DNA of 64,000 nt from Yuukianura sp. NJ FZ-2021 (Eukaryota): NCBI GenBank assembly GCA_046563655.1, contig CM102289.1, positions 3,906,001 to 3,970,000 of the forward strand, written 5' to 3'. Under the pieces are notes generated by a model, which ran no database searches, had not been told where the DNA came from, and was given only the letters and a program-made list of their open reading frames with translations. Every line of letters begins with the position of its first letter. Within the stretch, counting starts at the first letter, position 1. A program made the translations under genes and the position numbers. Shown here piece after piece: positions 49,895-62,892 of this stretch.

Positions 49895-52186
49895 TCAGTC
49901 TAGAATATTGGTTCTGGTGGATCTCCCGTCCTCCTTTAACGTATACTCGTGAAGGAATTTCTTATGATGAGCAATGAGCTTGTCACGACATTCTTCTGAA
50001 ATCTAGAAATTAATAGACATATGAGTTATTTCATTATTGGATGTGCTTGAGATAAAGAACAAAGGAACTGTTGATGCTTTACTTTGACTCCACGCAGCGT
50101 CAAACAGTCGAGAGAAGGAAGCTGGAGTAATTTCAAATGAACGGAAGGATCAGTCTTGCAGATTGAATCACAATTTCGGAAGTCTATGGCCAATGTTTTC
50201 AAATCTGTAAATATAAAGATACATTTTTAGATTGTGGTAATCTGAAATCTCCGCGGATACACAGTTTAATATTTACACGTATAGTAGTAAACACAATTTT
50301 GTCTCTTACGCTTTTAAATAAATACGAGCATCCCAAATACAAAAAAAAAAAAAAATAAAAAATAAACGTATTCTTACCCGTAAGCAACAGGAAGGAAGGC
50401 AAATCTTTTACAGTAACATGACGTACTGTTTGTTCTTCTTCTTTGGTCGTCGAATTCGAGCGAATTACAATTACAGTCACCGTTTTCGAATTATCCGGAT
50501 AAGCAGAATAAATAATACTGGAATCCACATCGCATTTGAACCTGTCTACAACAGGACCCGGGTCACTATAAGCCGCGGTTACAACCAAGTGCTGTACCTT
50601 TCGCATCTTTAATATGTTTCTTAGCGACTCCTTGGACACTCCATGCGCTTCAACCTTCTTCACGTTTGGTAAAATACGATTCCAGTCGATATTCGTCGAA
50701 GATGGATGTTCCACAGGCCCGTACTCGTATATCTTCAGTTCCGTAACCGATTCAAAATGGATTGTAAGAGCTGAAAATAGTGATCCCACATCATGCCCTG
50801 CCTTCATGACCACCACAAGCTTTTCGAGATTTTCAAATCTGTTTCGTTGAAATGGAGTAAGGCTCAATAGAACGGGCACGGGATAATAAGGATGTTCCGG
50901 CGGGGCCCCGAAGCGATCTAATTCAAGTGTCTTGAGATTCGGAAGTGGCGGTAACGTAAGAGTATAGTTTTGTACAAAACTACGATCTGCAAGAAGGTTG
51001 TCACCAATTTTTAAATACGTCAGATGAGCAGAATTGACAGTCAAAAACATTTCCAATGGCTGAAAGAATTCCGGACCACGAATCGTAAATGATGGCATTG
51101 GGACATAGTCTAATATAAATTCGGTTACTCTCAAACGCGAGTCTGCTAAACGTTCAAACATGTCCAAGTTGTTGCAGCTGACGTCGTCGTATTGTATGGA
51201 AATGCATGGAATTGACGTGAGCTGTCGAAGTTCCAGTAAGGAGTCGATAAGACCTAAGTTGTCGGTGTGTCTGATCGGAAAATGAAGATACTGCAAATGT
51301 TGTAGACTCATACGACTGAATAGAAAATCCATAATCTTGACAATGGTGTGCGTATTATTTATCTCAAGTACTTCAAGAGCCTTCAGTTTCTTCAGATTTA
51401 TGGTGCAATCTTTACCTGATTCCACGATATGCTGCCAAGCTTCCTGTTGTGGTGATAACTTCCAGATAGTCCGAAGGCCAATTACAAGTACTTCTAAATT
51501 AGGCGTTCCGTTGAAAAATTCTAGGAGGAAGGCAGTTCGATCGCCTTCAAGTGTAACTTTTCGTATCTGAGTTCCAAAGGCGTTCAAAAATCTTCGGATC
51601 ATATCCGGGCTCAGCGAATCACCTGAGTACTTCAGTGTCCGCTTCGCATTTTTAATATTGATGGTACAGGCAGACCATGGTAGTTGATCACCCAATTCCT
51701 TAAATCTGCACATCATTTCCTCAAAATTAGGTGGGCCCCACTCTGACCGCAGGTGAACATGGCGACGTCTGGTTACAATCGATGCGGCGGATTTCAAATT
51801 CCTTGAGACTAGTCGGCATTTCATCAAGTCGGTGTAGGAAACATATCTCAGTATGGAACAAAGCATCTGCAAAGTTAATACAAAAGTTGAATGTAATTAT
51901 GGGTCTGATCGGTTGTTGAATGTTCTCTGAAAGTCCTCTTCCTAATACAGTAAAACACAACATCCCTGACAAAAGAAAGTCATGAAAGTTAAAGCGGGAT
52001 ATCCTCTTCCCGCCAGTCCCGCGTTCACACCGCTGATTCATCAGGCCCGGCCCGGGTTAGGATTAACCAACGTTATATGGCCTGACCTAATTTTATAACC
52101 TTGAATTGTGACTTTGAGAAAGCCTGCTAGACTTAATAAAAAACACACTGTAACAGATTACTAACCTCTTCCGGAAGCGTGTCCAT
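49895..52186 (-). CDS. F-box/LRR-like protein 2; exons 52186-52166, 51866-50378, 50204-50083, 50002-49895
   Basis: MDTLPEE|MLCSILRYVSYTDLMKCRLVSR; same intron positions as, and extensive similarity to, the 5846-8043 gene (HVHLRSEWGPPNFEEMMC). Confidence 0.9.
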
Positions 52187-52430
52187 GATGCGTAACACTT
52201 ACGTTACAGATACGAATTGTATCGTGTGGTGCCCACTGTGACCGTGTAAAGTCGAAACCTATTCAAATACAAGCGACAGTTAACGTTTCCTTAAGTAACA
52301 ATCAAAGACTGTTTGTTTAAATTACTATAATTAACTTTACGGAGACCCTCTGACTAAAACTTTAAAATCGAGTTTGTTTACAACTTTAAAACAGGGGCTG
52401 GCTAAAGGTCCGAATCGCGGATTCCGCGGA

Positions 52431-52719
52431 TCTGGTATGAGGGGTGAATAGGAATACTGTCAATGCTCTCCGAGTACTGCTCGGACTTTAATCAAGAAAA
52501 GATCATATTTGCTAAAAACCTTACCACATCTAACCATGGAAATAACCTTAAATTGGTAGAGTATAACATAAAGCGAATGATCAGATGTGGTTTTTAAAAA
52601 TTGGAGGAGTTCGGGCTATAAACGTTCGATCGAGTAATCCGACGTGATATGCTAACTCTCCTTACCCCTCATAATGACCCGACGAATTCGACCGGGCAAC
52701 ATGCGCCCCTCATACCTGA
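52431..52719. mobile_element. Possible degenerate MITE
   Basis: Imperfect 16-bp inverted ends tctggtatgaggggtg / cgcccctcatacctga; no TSD seen. Confidence 0.35.
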
Positions 52720-53272
52720 CGCCGAGACTGCGACGTGAGTGGACAGCATGACAGCTTTCCCTTCTCAAAAGGACGGAGATGGCAAATACGCGTGCGTGTC
52801 ACCAAGGACGACATGATTGGACAAACCATGCTGTACGAATACATATAAGAAATAAAAGGTGTCAGGCAACGCCACCGTTTGCATTAATTAGTTAATTTTC
52901 CTTTCTTTTGATTCGTAATTCATAGTTTGTTGAACCGGATCTTAATTCCAGAGTCAAGTCAAGCAATTATAAAATTTTATTTTGTGGTAAGTCGCGGATC
53001 AAGGAATGAAGTCATCGATTGTGCATTTTGCAATTAAACAACACAACCTAAACATGTTGGGATTAAAACAAGAAGAACAAAAGGCATCATTTCAAACCCC
53101 TAAGCTTCGGTTTAGATTTTTTTTTAAGTTGGAAATTCCATTAAACAACCTAAAACCGGATTTGAATTTTTTTCGCGATGTTGTCTAGTAACACTCCACA
53201 AAAGAAAATTTCTAGACATTTGCATTTCAGGAGAAAAGAAGAAGCCTGTCCTATTCGGTGCGTGCACTTATC

Positions 53273-53924
53273 ATGGGTGAGTAAAAAATGGAACTTAAAA
53301 AATTCGCATTTCGGTTTAGTCATTTCTGTATTTTTGTTTGTTTTGGTTTGGAAGCGCTTTTGAAACCAATACAACTCGGAGTGCTACTCGCATTTATACT
53401 GGCGAATACATCGCTTGGAAGATGTAAGTACTGCCCGTGATGCTGTCATTTCACTTTTGAGACAATTTTTGAACAACTCTTGACAACTTGTTTTAGGCAG
53501 TAGCATTCTAAACAGTGATGAGTCCTGTCCTAAGAAGGGCTTCTTTAGGGACAAAGACGACTGTACAAAATTCTACAGATGTATTGAGAAGCCCCACATT
53601 ACGCATGATCAAAGTAGTGACAGAGGTCATGACCTTGAAAAACACGAATTCACTTGTCCGCCCGATACAATCTTCGACGCAAAGTTATACACTTGCAACT
53701 TCCCCGAACGAATTAAGCTGGAACCAGGAGAGTGTCAGTCGTCGAAGCAGCAGCCGAAGAAACCGAATTGCGTCCATGGATCAGTTGCGCATGCGCACTT
53801 TCCTCTTCATCACTTTTACTACCATCCACCAATTGCTCACTTTCCACTGATTCTTCACCACAACATTCCACATTCAGTTTATTACCCAATCCATGCTGCA
53901 CCAGTCCCTTACTACTGGCTGTAA
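53273..53924 (+). CDS. Secreted chitin-binding type-2 (CBM14/peritrophin-A) protein with His-rich tail, 166 aa; exons 53273-53276, 53355-53423, 53497-53924
   Basis: Signal peptide MALLKPIQLGVLLAFILANTSLG; six-Cys domain CPKKGFFRDKDDCTKFYRC...FTCPPDTIFDAKLYTCNFP...EC. This frame is absent from the ORF track. Confidence 0.88.
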
Positions 53925-54072
53925 TAACTTCTATTTGCTTTCAATACTGCTCCATTTCATCTTCATTGCAAATACACAAATTAAATTGGAAGAGAAATCA
54001 AAATTTCATTAAAACAGACTTCTTTTAATGAATTCTTTTAATCAATTTTTATTTGATTAATTAGAATTGTGG

Positions 54073-55226
54073 TTAAAGATGTGCAAATGCAGAAGAAAGG
54101 TAGGTTTTGCCATGGCGAGTAACAGTGTAAGCCGTAATTGGAATCGACTTTCCGCCAAGTGTTATTGGACAAGTTCCGCCAGGCCTTGCGTAGTAGCACA
54201 GAGTGTAAAGTGCGAATTCAAATTCAGGACTTGTACCTATGAACATGTCACTTACAGGCTTTGGAACGCCGTTCCAAGTGAAAGTGCTTTTGAGCACCAT
54301 TCCTTTCTAGAAACAAAAGCGAGAATTCGAAAATTAAACTAGGTGTTTCAAAATTATTGTGTTTCTATGAATCCAAAAAATCAGCCTCACGTTTCCTAAT
54401 CGAACAATTCGAATGTGGCCCAAATAGTTGAGTGATCTGTCAGCCTCTTCTTTGGCATAAAAAATCCAGTTGTGGAATCCAGTCACTTCACCTCCACGCG
54501 TTTCTCCGAGAAAGATGTGTTCAAATCCCGAAGATGAAGGAATGTTCCGTTCTCGGCTGAACTGATCAAACCATATTTGATGTAGGGCGTTCCGAACAGC
54601 GTTTTTATTTATTTGAACTTGGCCATTGGGTCCCACTCGACGATTGATAATGAACCGCTTGTTGGTAAGAAAATCTTCAAGTTTTCGCATTACGGGAGTT
54701 GCCAAAATGGCGTCCAAGAAGGCATACTCTTCAGCAGTTTCAGCTGGAGTGACTTGCTCAGAAACGTTGACGGAAGGAGTGTAGTTGTCTAGAAGAGTTT
54801 CGAGTTTTGCATATGTTGGTTTTTGCAACACTGATGATGGAAAACTCAGTAGGCTTTTTTAAAATTTCCAAAATTAAAAATTGTTCATAAATTAGTGCAA
54901 AATGATAAATTATAATTTGCAACCTTACGGTTGTGGAGCATTGTCTTGTCCGTTTCGACTAGCACGATCTTGTACGTTAATCGTAACTAGATTTGCAACA
55001 TTATTTGTGTCTAATCTCCACAGCTCTTCACCGAGAGCAGTTATTTCAGCGTCGGTTACCGGAGCTGCGAAGAAAAACATTCAAGAAATGATTATAATTT
55101 TTAAGTTTTTGCAAATCTTCTAGTTTTGCTAAATTTTTATTGATTCCTACTTCTGATGATTTGTTGAGATGAAACGAAAGATCCGAAGCTTACTGCAAGT
55201 AACAATATTTCTAAACGTCGATCCAT
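54073..55226 (-). CDS. EndoU/XendoU poly(U)-specific endoribonuclease with signal peptide; exons 55226-55151, ~55064-54929, 54853-54391, ~54306-54073
   Basis: SSGFEHIFLGE, GFHNW, K...FIGTSPEFEFALYTLC catalytic motifs; N-terminus MDRRLEILLLAVSFGSFVSS. Confidence 0.93.
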
Positions 55227-56742
55227 GTTTACTTGGTATTCTTAACTAAAAGAATTTTTGAACCAAGTTTGAAATAATTTGGACAGTTCTGTTGAATTGT
55301 CCCAAACCGAATAGAAATTAAGTCCAATTGACCACTTCCTGTATGGTTTATATGTAGAGCACGAGTGGCCGCAGATTGAGTCACTATGTCACACTACTCA
55401 ACTAAAATTGAGGTAGTATTTCTATTGCCTTAACTATGCACTTGAATAAATGAATACTGAGGAGATGAGGTAATGACGTAGGGCCACTTACTTCTGTAGA
55501 TTTTGGGTTGCGTTTAACCAAAACGAAAGTGATTAACTAATCAACATAGAAGCATTCGCTTCATGTTGTTCTTCTTAATGTAACTAGCTGATCGCCTTCA
55601 AATCTTTACCCAATGCCAAAATACATTTGAACTTGTCCTTTTAAAAAAAAAGTTATTTTTTTATCACATTTTGATGATGGCTATGTTAAAAGTAATGCTT
55701 GGTTCGGTTGGGTTAAAATGTTCTCGCGAGAAGAATGCTATGAATGAATTCTATTTCCAATACAACAAGTTGAAAGCACTTATTGAATCTGGAGTCGTAT
55801 GGTAAATGTTTTTAAAATCTCTCATATTTTAACGTTCTCGGCTTAATTTAACTCTTATATTGTAAATGGCAGCGCAGGGTTTGAATCTGGAAAGACCGAT
55901 GTTTGTCAAGTTAAGGCATGACCAGTCAAATCCAAAACTATTCCGGGAAAATGATTGCTGGTGTGAAATCTGCAAATCCAGTTTTTGCTCTTCATCGCCT
56001 TAATTAAGATGCAAGTGTCGCCTCGGTTTGAAAATCTTATTCGAACACCGCATCATTCGTCGATAGATACTACACAGCGAAACATTTAAAAATGATATCT
56101 TTAGTTTAAATATATTGAACTGACAGAGTAATAAAATACGCCGCAGTATGAGGTTTGTAAACTTTTATTTCCCGGAAGCCATTTTTATGATATCATATTA
56201 GTACCTGGTGCACCAAACATTTCCACGCCATCTAAGGACAAGAAATGGAAAGACAAGATTAATTAATATGCGGAAGTTTAAAAAAAAAGTTTCCTAGTCT
56301 TTATACTTTCGTTTACATAAATACGTGTCGGGCACTGGAAATGTATTGGAAACTTAAAAAGGTAAAAAATAAGAAATCAATAGAGATACAACGCAACAGT
56401 GACTAGATTTACGACGCATGTTCCAATATCATCTATTGATATATTTACATGACATAAAGCGTGGGGACATAAACCGATCCATATATTTTTTAAATTTTTA
56501 TTCATACGAATTCATAAACTGGCTTATTTGTGTTATTATGCTTGCATACTTGTATATGGAATAGTTGTAATGAATTGTGTTAAGTATATGTAATGATTGT
56601 ACAATTAAGTATTTCGCAATAGACAAATATTCGGATAACTGGAATAAAGTTATCGGTTCTGCTGAACCTATCAGCAGTAATTGGAATGAAAATTGTGTAG
56701 TTCATTGTGAACGTTGTGCGGCATAAAATAGCAACTTGTGAT

Positions 56743-58099
56743 TTATTTGATGGCAAGGAGAATGTCCACGGTATAGCTTACAATTGCAGCGTTAATCTTG
56801 GGTAGAACTTGCCTGTCGACGTAGTACATACTTCCACAGTAGATTCTGTAGTCTCTCAAAGACTGTCGTGTTTGTACAACTTCCAATTTTCTCGCCTCCG
56901 CAATTTCCTTGAGTGACTCGATAAAGCGCAAGGATCCATCATTGACTGTAGTAAAGATCTTCATGAGGCCGTTGATAGTAAAGAACAAGCACAATGCCAG
57001 CAGAAACGTTATAACGCTTAGACCTGATAATGGCAATGTGAGCGCAACCGCAAGGTAACTAGAAATGGCTGCTACGAATATGACTTTCTTTGCAAAGTTT
57101 AGGAAAGCATATGTTTCGTTTGCCATGCTCATGAGCAGTCCGCCTACTTTGTACGCGTTGAGAGCAGACTTGAGTGGACCAAATCCTGACTTGACTTGCT
57201 CACTCCATTTCCCCTGCGCGGAGAGCCATAAATTAGCGTAGGTAATGATGTAGTAGCTACATATTCCGTACATGAGCCATTTGTGAACGGACAGAGCAAA
57301 CTGCATGACGACGTAGATGATGCCAAGGAATGACAGAACAGTTACCGTTAGGGTATGGACTTCTGTGTCGATGAACAGTGACAAAAAGTACGTAAAGAAC
57401 ATTCTGGAGTACTCGAAGAGTACTATTGGGCCAAGCAGCATAATACTAACGATTACGATGTGCGTCCCCCAAAAGAATTGTTTCACGGCGCGAATTCTTC
57501 GTTTAATTAGGATACTGGGTGGAGCAAACTGTTTTTCTGATGAAGAAAAAATGACCAATTTTAACGATTATAATGATATCTAAACGGCCAACATGTTGAT
57601 CTTTTCACCTCCTCTTATAATATGTATTGTAAAGAGTATAGTTATTGTATAAAAGATGTTCTGAGTTGGGTAGGAATTTTGTAATAAAGTTTGCATCGTT
57701 TAACGTTAACTATAACCGAACGTAAATAGTTAAGCGTAACTAACCTGCATCGTTTGTCAGGAGAAATATAAAGGAGTTGAACAGTTGAGCTTGAAAGCGT
57801 CCTTTGCAGTGAGTGCTCCAGTCGAGGCAGATGTTGTAGACGGATAGACTTGCGCTGGAGAAGATAAGTACGGTGACGAATACATTCAGATGCCCATATC
57901 GGTTGATACTTCCAGCGGTTGTCGCCAAAATTGCACTGACAATGTCGAGCATGACAATAGCCTGCGAGAAAAACATGTACGACCTTGACCCGTCAAGCAC
58001 AAATTTTTTCTTTTGGATATTCCAGATCAATGGGCTTTGGAAGGTCGAGTGAGCAAAGTGAATTGCCTTCATAAAATATTTTAATTCCTGAGGAACCAT
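56743..58099 (-). CDS. Divergent 7TM chemoreceptor-like (gustatory-receptor superfamily) protein, 382 aa; exons 58099-57745, 57536-56743
   Basis: About 7 hydrophobic segments; C-terminus RIYCGSMYYVDRQVLPKINAAIVSYTVDILLAIK resembles the GR/OR TM7 region; one phase-1 intron joins the two ORFs. The family call is less certain than the coding status. Confidence 0.7.
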
Positions 58100-58347
58100 T
58101 TTGGAGCTTTCTATTTAGTAGTCTTCCACGGCTGCCAGCGGGCTAGTGGCGACAAATTTCTGCTTTCAACCGCTTCTACTTGAAAGCTTTAGAAAACTGT
58201 CTACGACGTTTTCACTAATTTGGGAACAGAAGGCGGACTAATAAACGAAAAATCCATTCGACGGAGAAAATACATAAATTTTACATTCGCCTAAATAACA
58301 TAATACGTGTCGACTTTAGCAACACAAATGTAGTTGGCAATTGAATA

Positions 58348-58636
58348 GGCACTTTGCCGGAGTGGCTGTATCGCCCGGATTTAGCGTTAGCGTTATACCT
58401 TATAACTCGACTCCTCCCCTTTTCATAAAGCGGAGCTCATAAAGAAAAACCGCCTTTATGAGTCATAAATTATGAATCGAGTTTATAAATACGATGTTAA
58501 AGCTGCTTTATCATATTTTTATACAGACGTCACAACGTGACCAGATGAAAATCGACATTCTGGATGGGTTGAAGAGGTTTTAGCGTTAGCTTTAACTTTA
58601 TAAGTTATACAGCTAACGATGTTCCGGCAAAGTACC
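58348..58636. mobile_element. ~290-bp MITE with short TIRs and TA flanks
   Basis: TA|GGCACTTTGCCGGA ... TCCGGCAAAGTACC|TA, with further imperfect pairing (gctgtat/atacagc) and an internal repeat tttagcgttagc. Confidence 0.65.
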
Positions 58637-59363
58637 TAATATTCAAATAAGCGTACTTTATCATCGTTAAATTATTATCCTAACCTGACGATTGAGGTTA
58701 CGACTCTTACCGCACTAACTGTTCCAACTGTTTTTTCACTAATAGAAAGCATTTGTGTAAAGTATTATAAATTATTAAACCGCCATAGTGAAATAGCAGT
58801 TTGGCATGTAGCGTGCTATATGCCATTTTATGTTGTTGTCTGAGAGTCGCTAACTTTGGCAGTAAATCTGTAATTAATTATCGCTATTTCAAAAATAGGA
58901 AGGATATCATATATCATTTTTCCCGTATCGTAATACGGGAAGTATTCTAACCCTTGACCTGTCAAGGCGATTTTCTACTTTTTTCTCTAGACCAGACGGG
59001 AAATAATTGATTTCAACAAAAATTTTGAAGCCATTTTTGACAGGACGAAAGCGGTTTTTTTTTCGCTTTGTAAAGCCCAGTTCACACACCAACCGCCATT
59101 TTTACGTATTATTATTTTAATCAGCGGTCAATCTGAACCTGGCTTAAGCGCCATGTTTTTTTTCCTTGGTGGCATCAAAATTTCAGCTTCCAAATTTTGC
59201 GAAACCAACCGCCTTATTTCCCTTCTAGTCTAAGAAAAATTAAAATTCTTTGACCTACACTATCTCAGCATGCGGTAGTTATAAGAACGGATATCGCAGC
59301 TCATCTCTCATCCGTAGAGCTTGGCAGAGGCGGAGAGAATTGTTCTCGTGTGAGAAAACTAAA

Positions 59364-59665
59364 AGTCTTAGAGGTGTGTGAAATGCAAGTTTTAGAGGTG
59401 TGTGAAATGCAAGTCTTAGAGGTGTGTGAAATGCAAGTTTTAGAGGTGTGTGAAATGCAAGTTTTAGAGGTGTGTGAAATGCAAGTCTTAGAGGTGTGTG
59501 AAATGCAAGTTTTAGAGGTGTGTGAAATGCAAGTCTTAGAGGTGTGTGAAATGCTAGTCTTAGAGGTGTGCGAAATGCAAGTCTTAGAGGTGTGCGGAAA
59601 GTAATACCTTTAGACGTGTGCGAAAGTAGTAGACGTGTGTGTAAAGTGTTAGACGTGTGAAAAGT
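59364..59665. repeat. 24-bp minisatellite (tagaggtgtgtgaaatgcaagtYt), ~10 copies decaying rightward
   Basis: Direct periodicity; alternating gtct/gttt variants. Confidence 0.95.
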
Positions 59666-60021
59666 GTAACATTTGGTTGTGTGTGTGCGTGTTGTTCTTG
59701 TGTGTGTTAGGTGCATTTATGAGTCGATTCTCCCCTCATATTTATCACCTTGGCTTTATGCCCACACGGTATAAAGTTCGTAGTTGCATCATTAACTTCC
59801 ATGCCACGAAAAAACAACGTTTGGGTAGAACACATATTGCGTTGGGGAAAGCGAAAATTTTTTATAATCTAATCTTTTCGTTTTGAATACCTTTTCTATT
59901 GAAACCTGATGAGTCAGAATTTGGTTTTTTTTTGGCACGCCACTTTCCTCTCACAGTTTTAAGTTCGGCAACCAGTGTTACTTTGTGCTTGTGCTCCACT
60001 TCGCTCGACTCTACCAGAGGA

Positions 60022-62073
60022 ATGGAACCAACAACAGTTCTCCCGCCTGAAGTACTGTCAAAGCTAAACACTAAAACAAATAATTTTTTAAACCTAATTT
60101 CTAATCTTGTTTAAAAGAATTGCTTATTCCAAGGAATAAATGTTGTAATTTGTACTTGTATTTTATTTCATTTTAGATGCACCAAAAAATTCTGGAACAT
60201 GTCGACTTCAATGGTCTCCTACGACTTCGCCTTGTGTCAAAAGCATGGAATCACCTTGCGTGTGATGTAGTGAGGTCCAGAGGTTATTCCATTACATTAC
60301 GAAATGAGCATATCAGGACATTCACCTCTGCTTTTGCAAATTCGTTCCCACCATTTATTTTCTACAAAGTGAAAACTAACTGCCTAGGGTCACGAAAACT
60401 CGTGAAGATTCTCATTAGACTGGCATCGAGTTTCCGAAAACTGGAACTTTTGAGTTTCAACGTTTCTCATGAATTTAGAGCACTATGCTCTAAGGAACGG
60501 TGAGTTATTCTTTCCCGATTCTTAGTTAATTAAACTGTCTCAAACTAAATACATGTTTTTTTTTTAGGTTTTCAAGGAATTTGCAGGATCTGCTTACCGC
60601 GTTCACTGGACTCAAAAGTCTAACATTTACCGGTTCCGCATACTTGCCTGTGTTACATCACATATTCTCCAGTTTAAACTTTGGAGCCATTCCGACTCTC
60701 AAATTTGCGCAACTTGAGTGGACAAGTGACTTGGAAAATAGTGATTGTCTTTCCATTTTTCATCAAGTCAATGAAACTTATCCATTTCTTCGAGTGAAAA
60801 TTGAACTTTCCTTGAACTGCCAGAAACCAAATGACTTCGTTCAAATGGCAGTCTTTGTACCAAGGTCGTTCGAACTATCGTTAAACGTCAATTCGGAAGA
60901 CAGCACCGTAAACAACGGCCATGTTCTATTTTCAGTTCCTGTGACCCCAACAAAGTTAAAATTTCATGGGCAAAACGCTTTCCATGACCAAGTAACGAAC
61001 GATATAAACAGAAACGTGCTCCAATGGACCACAAAAAACGCCAAAATGTTAAAAAATTTTGAATTTAGGATTCTGAGAAGAGATTGGTTGGTTACTGGTG
61101 TTCAAAGCATGAAATTTCAGTCACTCAAGCGGTTGCACATTGAAGTAAGTGGACAGAGATGGGAAGAATCTCGACGGAAAGAAACGTTTCCTCTGCCTGT
61201 TTTGAATGGATCAAATTTCCCTTGTCTACAAGTTCTGGAACTTTATAATACTTCAGACAAAATTGACAATTACAGATCTGGATTTACTTGTGGCATTTTC
61301 CCGTCATTGACCACACTTAACGTTTATAAAGTACATCTTGACGTTGTAAAATATTCAATGACGTGTTGTCCGAAACTACAAAACCTGAAAATAACATTGC
61401 CGCATTCCAACGATGTAACGGCGACGTTAGTTGCATTCCGTAAACTTAAAAGTTTACGTCTAAAAATACTTGCTGTGGACAAGAAAGAGCAGAGTGCATC
61501 TGAAACGCAGACGAGACGCCCGTGCAAAACGCACGTCAAAGAGCGGACTCCTCAGGAAATACGAGAAAACAGACGAGTTTTGTCTCAAAAAGAAACGGAA
61601 ACAAATGTATCGCAGGAGTTAAAACGAATGCGAAGTAATTCAGAGCTCACTTTAATATTTTGCAACAAATCAAATACAGCGTTATGTGACTTTCTTTTTT
61701 TTAATTAAGATTAATTTCGTATTAGTTTACTTAACACGTTGTAACAAACTCACTAACTAAATTTTTTTCTTCTTTCTATACCGCAGGCTTGAATCATTTG
61801 GAGGTGAGCTGTCTTTCATCAGAAGTGAATTGGCTGCGAATTCTTGCGAATGCATCAAGTGGTCCAGATCGAAATTTTCTTAGTAGTCTAACGACGAATC
61901 TCAACAAAAATTTTAACATCGAGAGTGTGAGTAACTTAATACTAAAAAAGTTAATAATTTAAAACAAATCAATTGCTATAACTCAGATATTTTTTATTTA
62001 GAACGAACCCTACTTGAGGCTGTTACGTGAGGCCCATAATGATGTCCATATAAGATGGGATATACTAGATTGA
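60022..62073 (+). CDS. F-box/LRR-like protein 3; exons 60022-60051, 60177-60498, ~60568-61634, 61787-61926, 62002-62073
   Basis: MEPTTVLPPE|MHQKILEHVDFNGLLRLRLVSKAWN F-box; FPCLQVLEL, FPSLTTLNV, CPKLQNLKI repeats. Confidence 0.85.
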
Positions 62074-62892
62074 TAAATTATACGTAACTTCAACATACTA
62101 TTCACAAAAGCTCAGCGATTTTGCACAACTGAACTCAAGGAAACATTGAGAGTCAAAATAAAAACCGAAGAACCTCACTAATGTAAAAGTTGAAAACTAT
62201 TTTACTTTGCTTGATTTTGCTTGATAATGTTCTACTAACTTTTCCAAATTGAGAAACAATTTTTTTTAAATAATCAATGCTAGTTGCAAAAGATATGCTA
62301 TCAAGCTTTCATGGTTCTCACTTTGTTATTTTTAACCAATTACACTTCTTGCAAGATTTTCCGAAAAGTTTAGCAAGTGATGGACATACAAAACTTGAAA
62401 AAAAAAAGTGTGGAACAAATGCTTGTAGGATAGGATGTATTGCACCGCCCGCTGTGTTAAAGTAGCTGCGGCTGCCAGATTTTGTACGAAATCGGATGAT
62501 ATCATGTCGTCAGGTTAAATAAACTGAATTTTATATAATATAAAATTTGTTTTAATAGTAGGAACTTGCGTAAGTAATGTTTTGTATTAAAACCAAATCT
62601 AGATTATGTGTTAATTCTACACAAGAGCGTTGGACTTTTAATTATTGATTAGTTAAGTACTAGCTACTATTCTTCAACAACAGTTTGAAAATCAAAGTGA
62701 TAACCTAACATGGAATCATTTGAGCAAGACACAGTAATCTCTTTTGTAGGATTTGTCCATTGAGAGGAGGTTGATCCTCTGCGTCTATTTTCAAAAACAA
62801 TTAAGAAGTAGGAAACTGAATACTTGGATTTGTACATAATTACTCTGCGAGTTGCTGTCTAATGTGAATCCAGCATTGCGTTTAGAGTTAGT

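Noticed and set aside
57610..57709. Possible extra exon in the 7TM gene
   Set aside because: Contains an in-frame stop; direct splicing of 57745 to 57536 keeps the frame.
59279..59716. ORFs with EVCEMQVL / AFHTPLRL repeats; superficially CRISPR-like
   Set aside because: Head-to-tail 24-bp minisatellite with no unique spacers; the frames are open only because the unit lacks stops.
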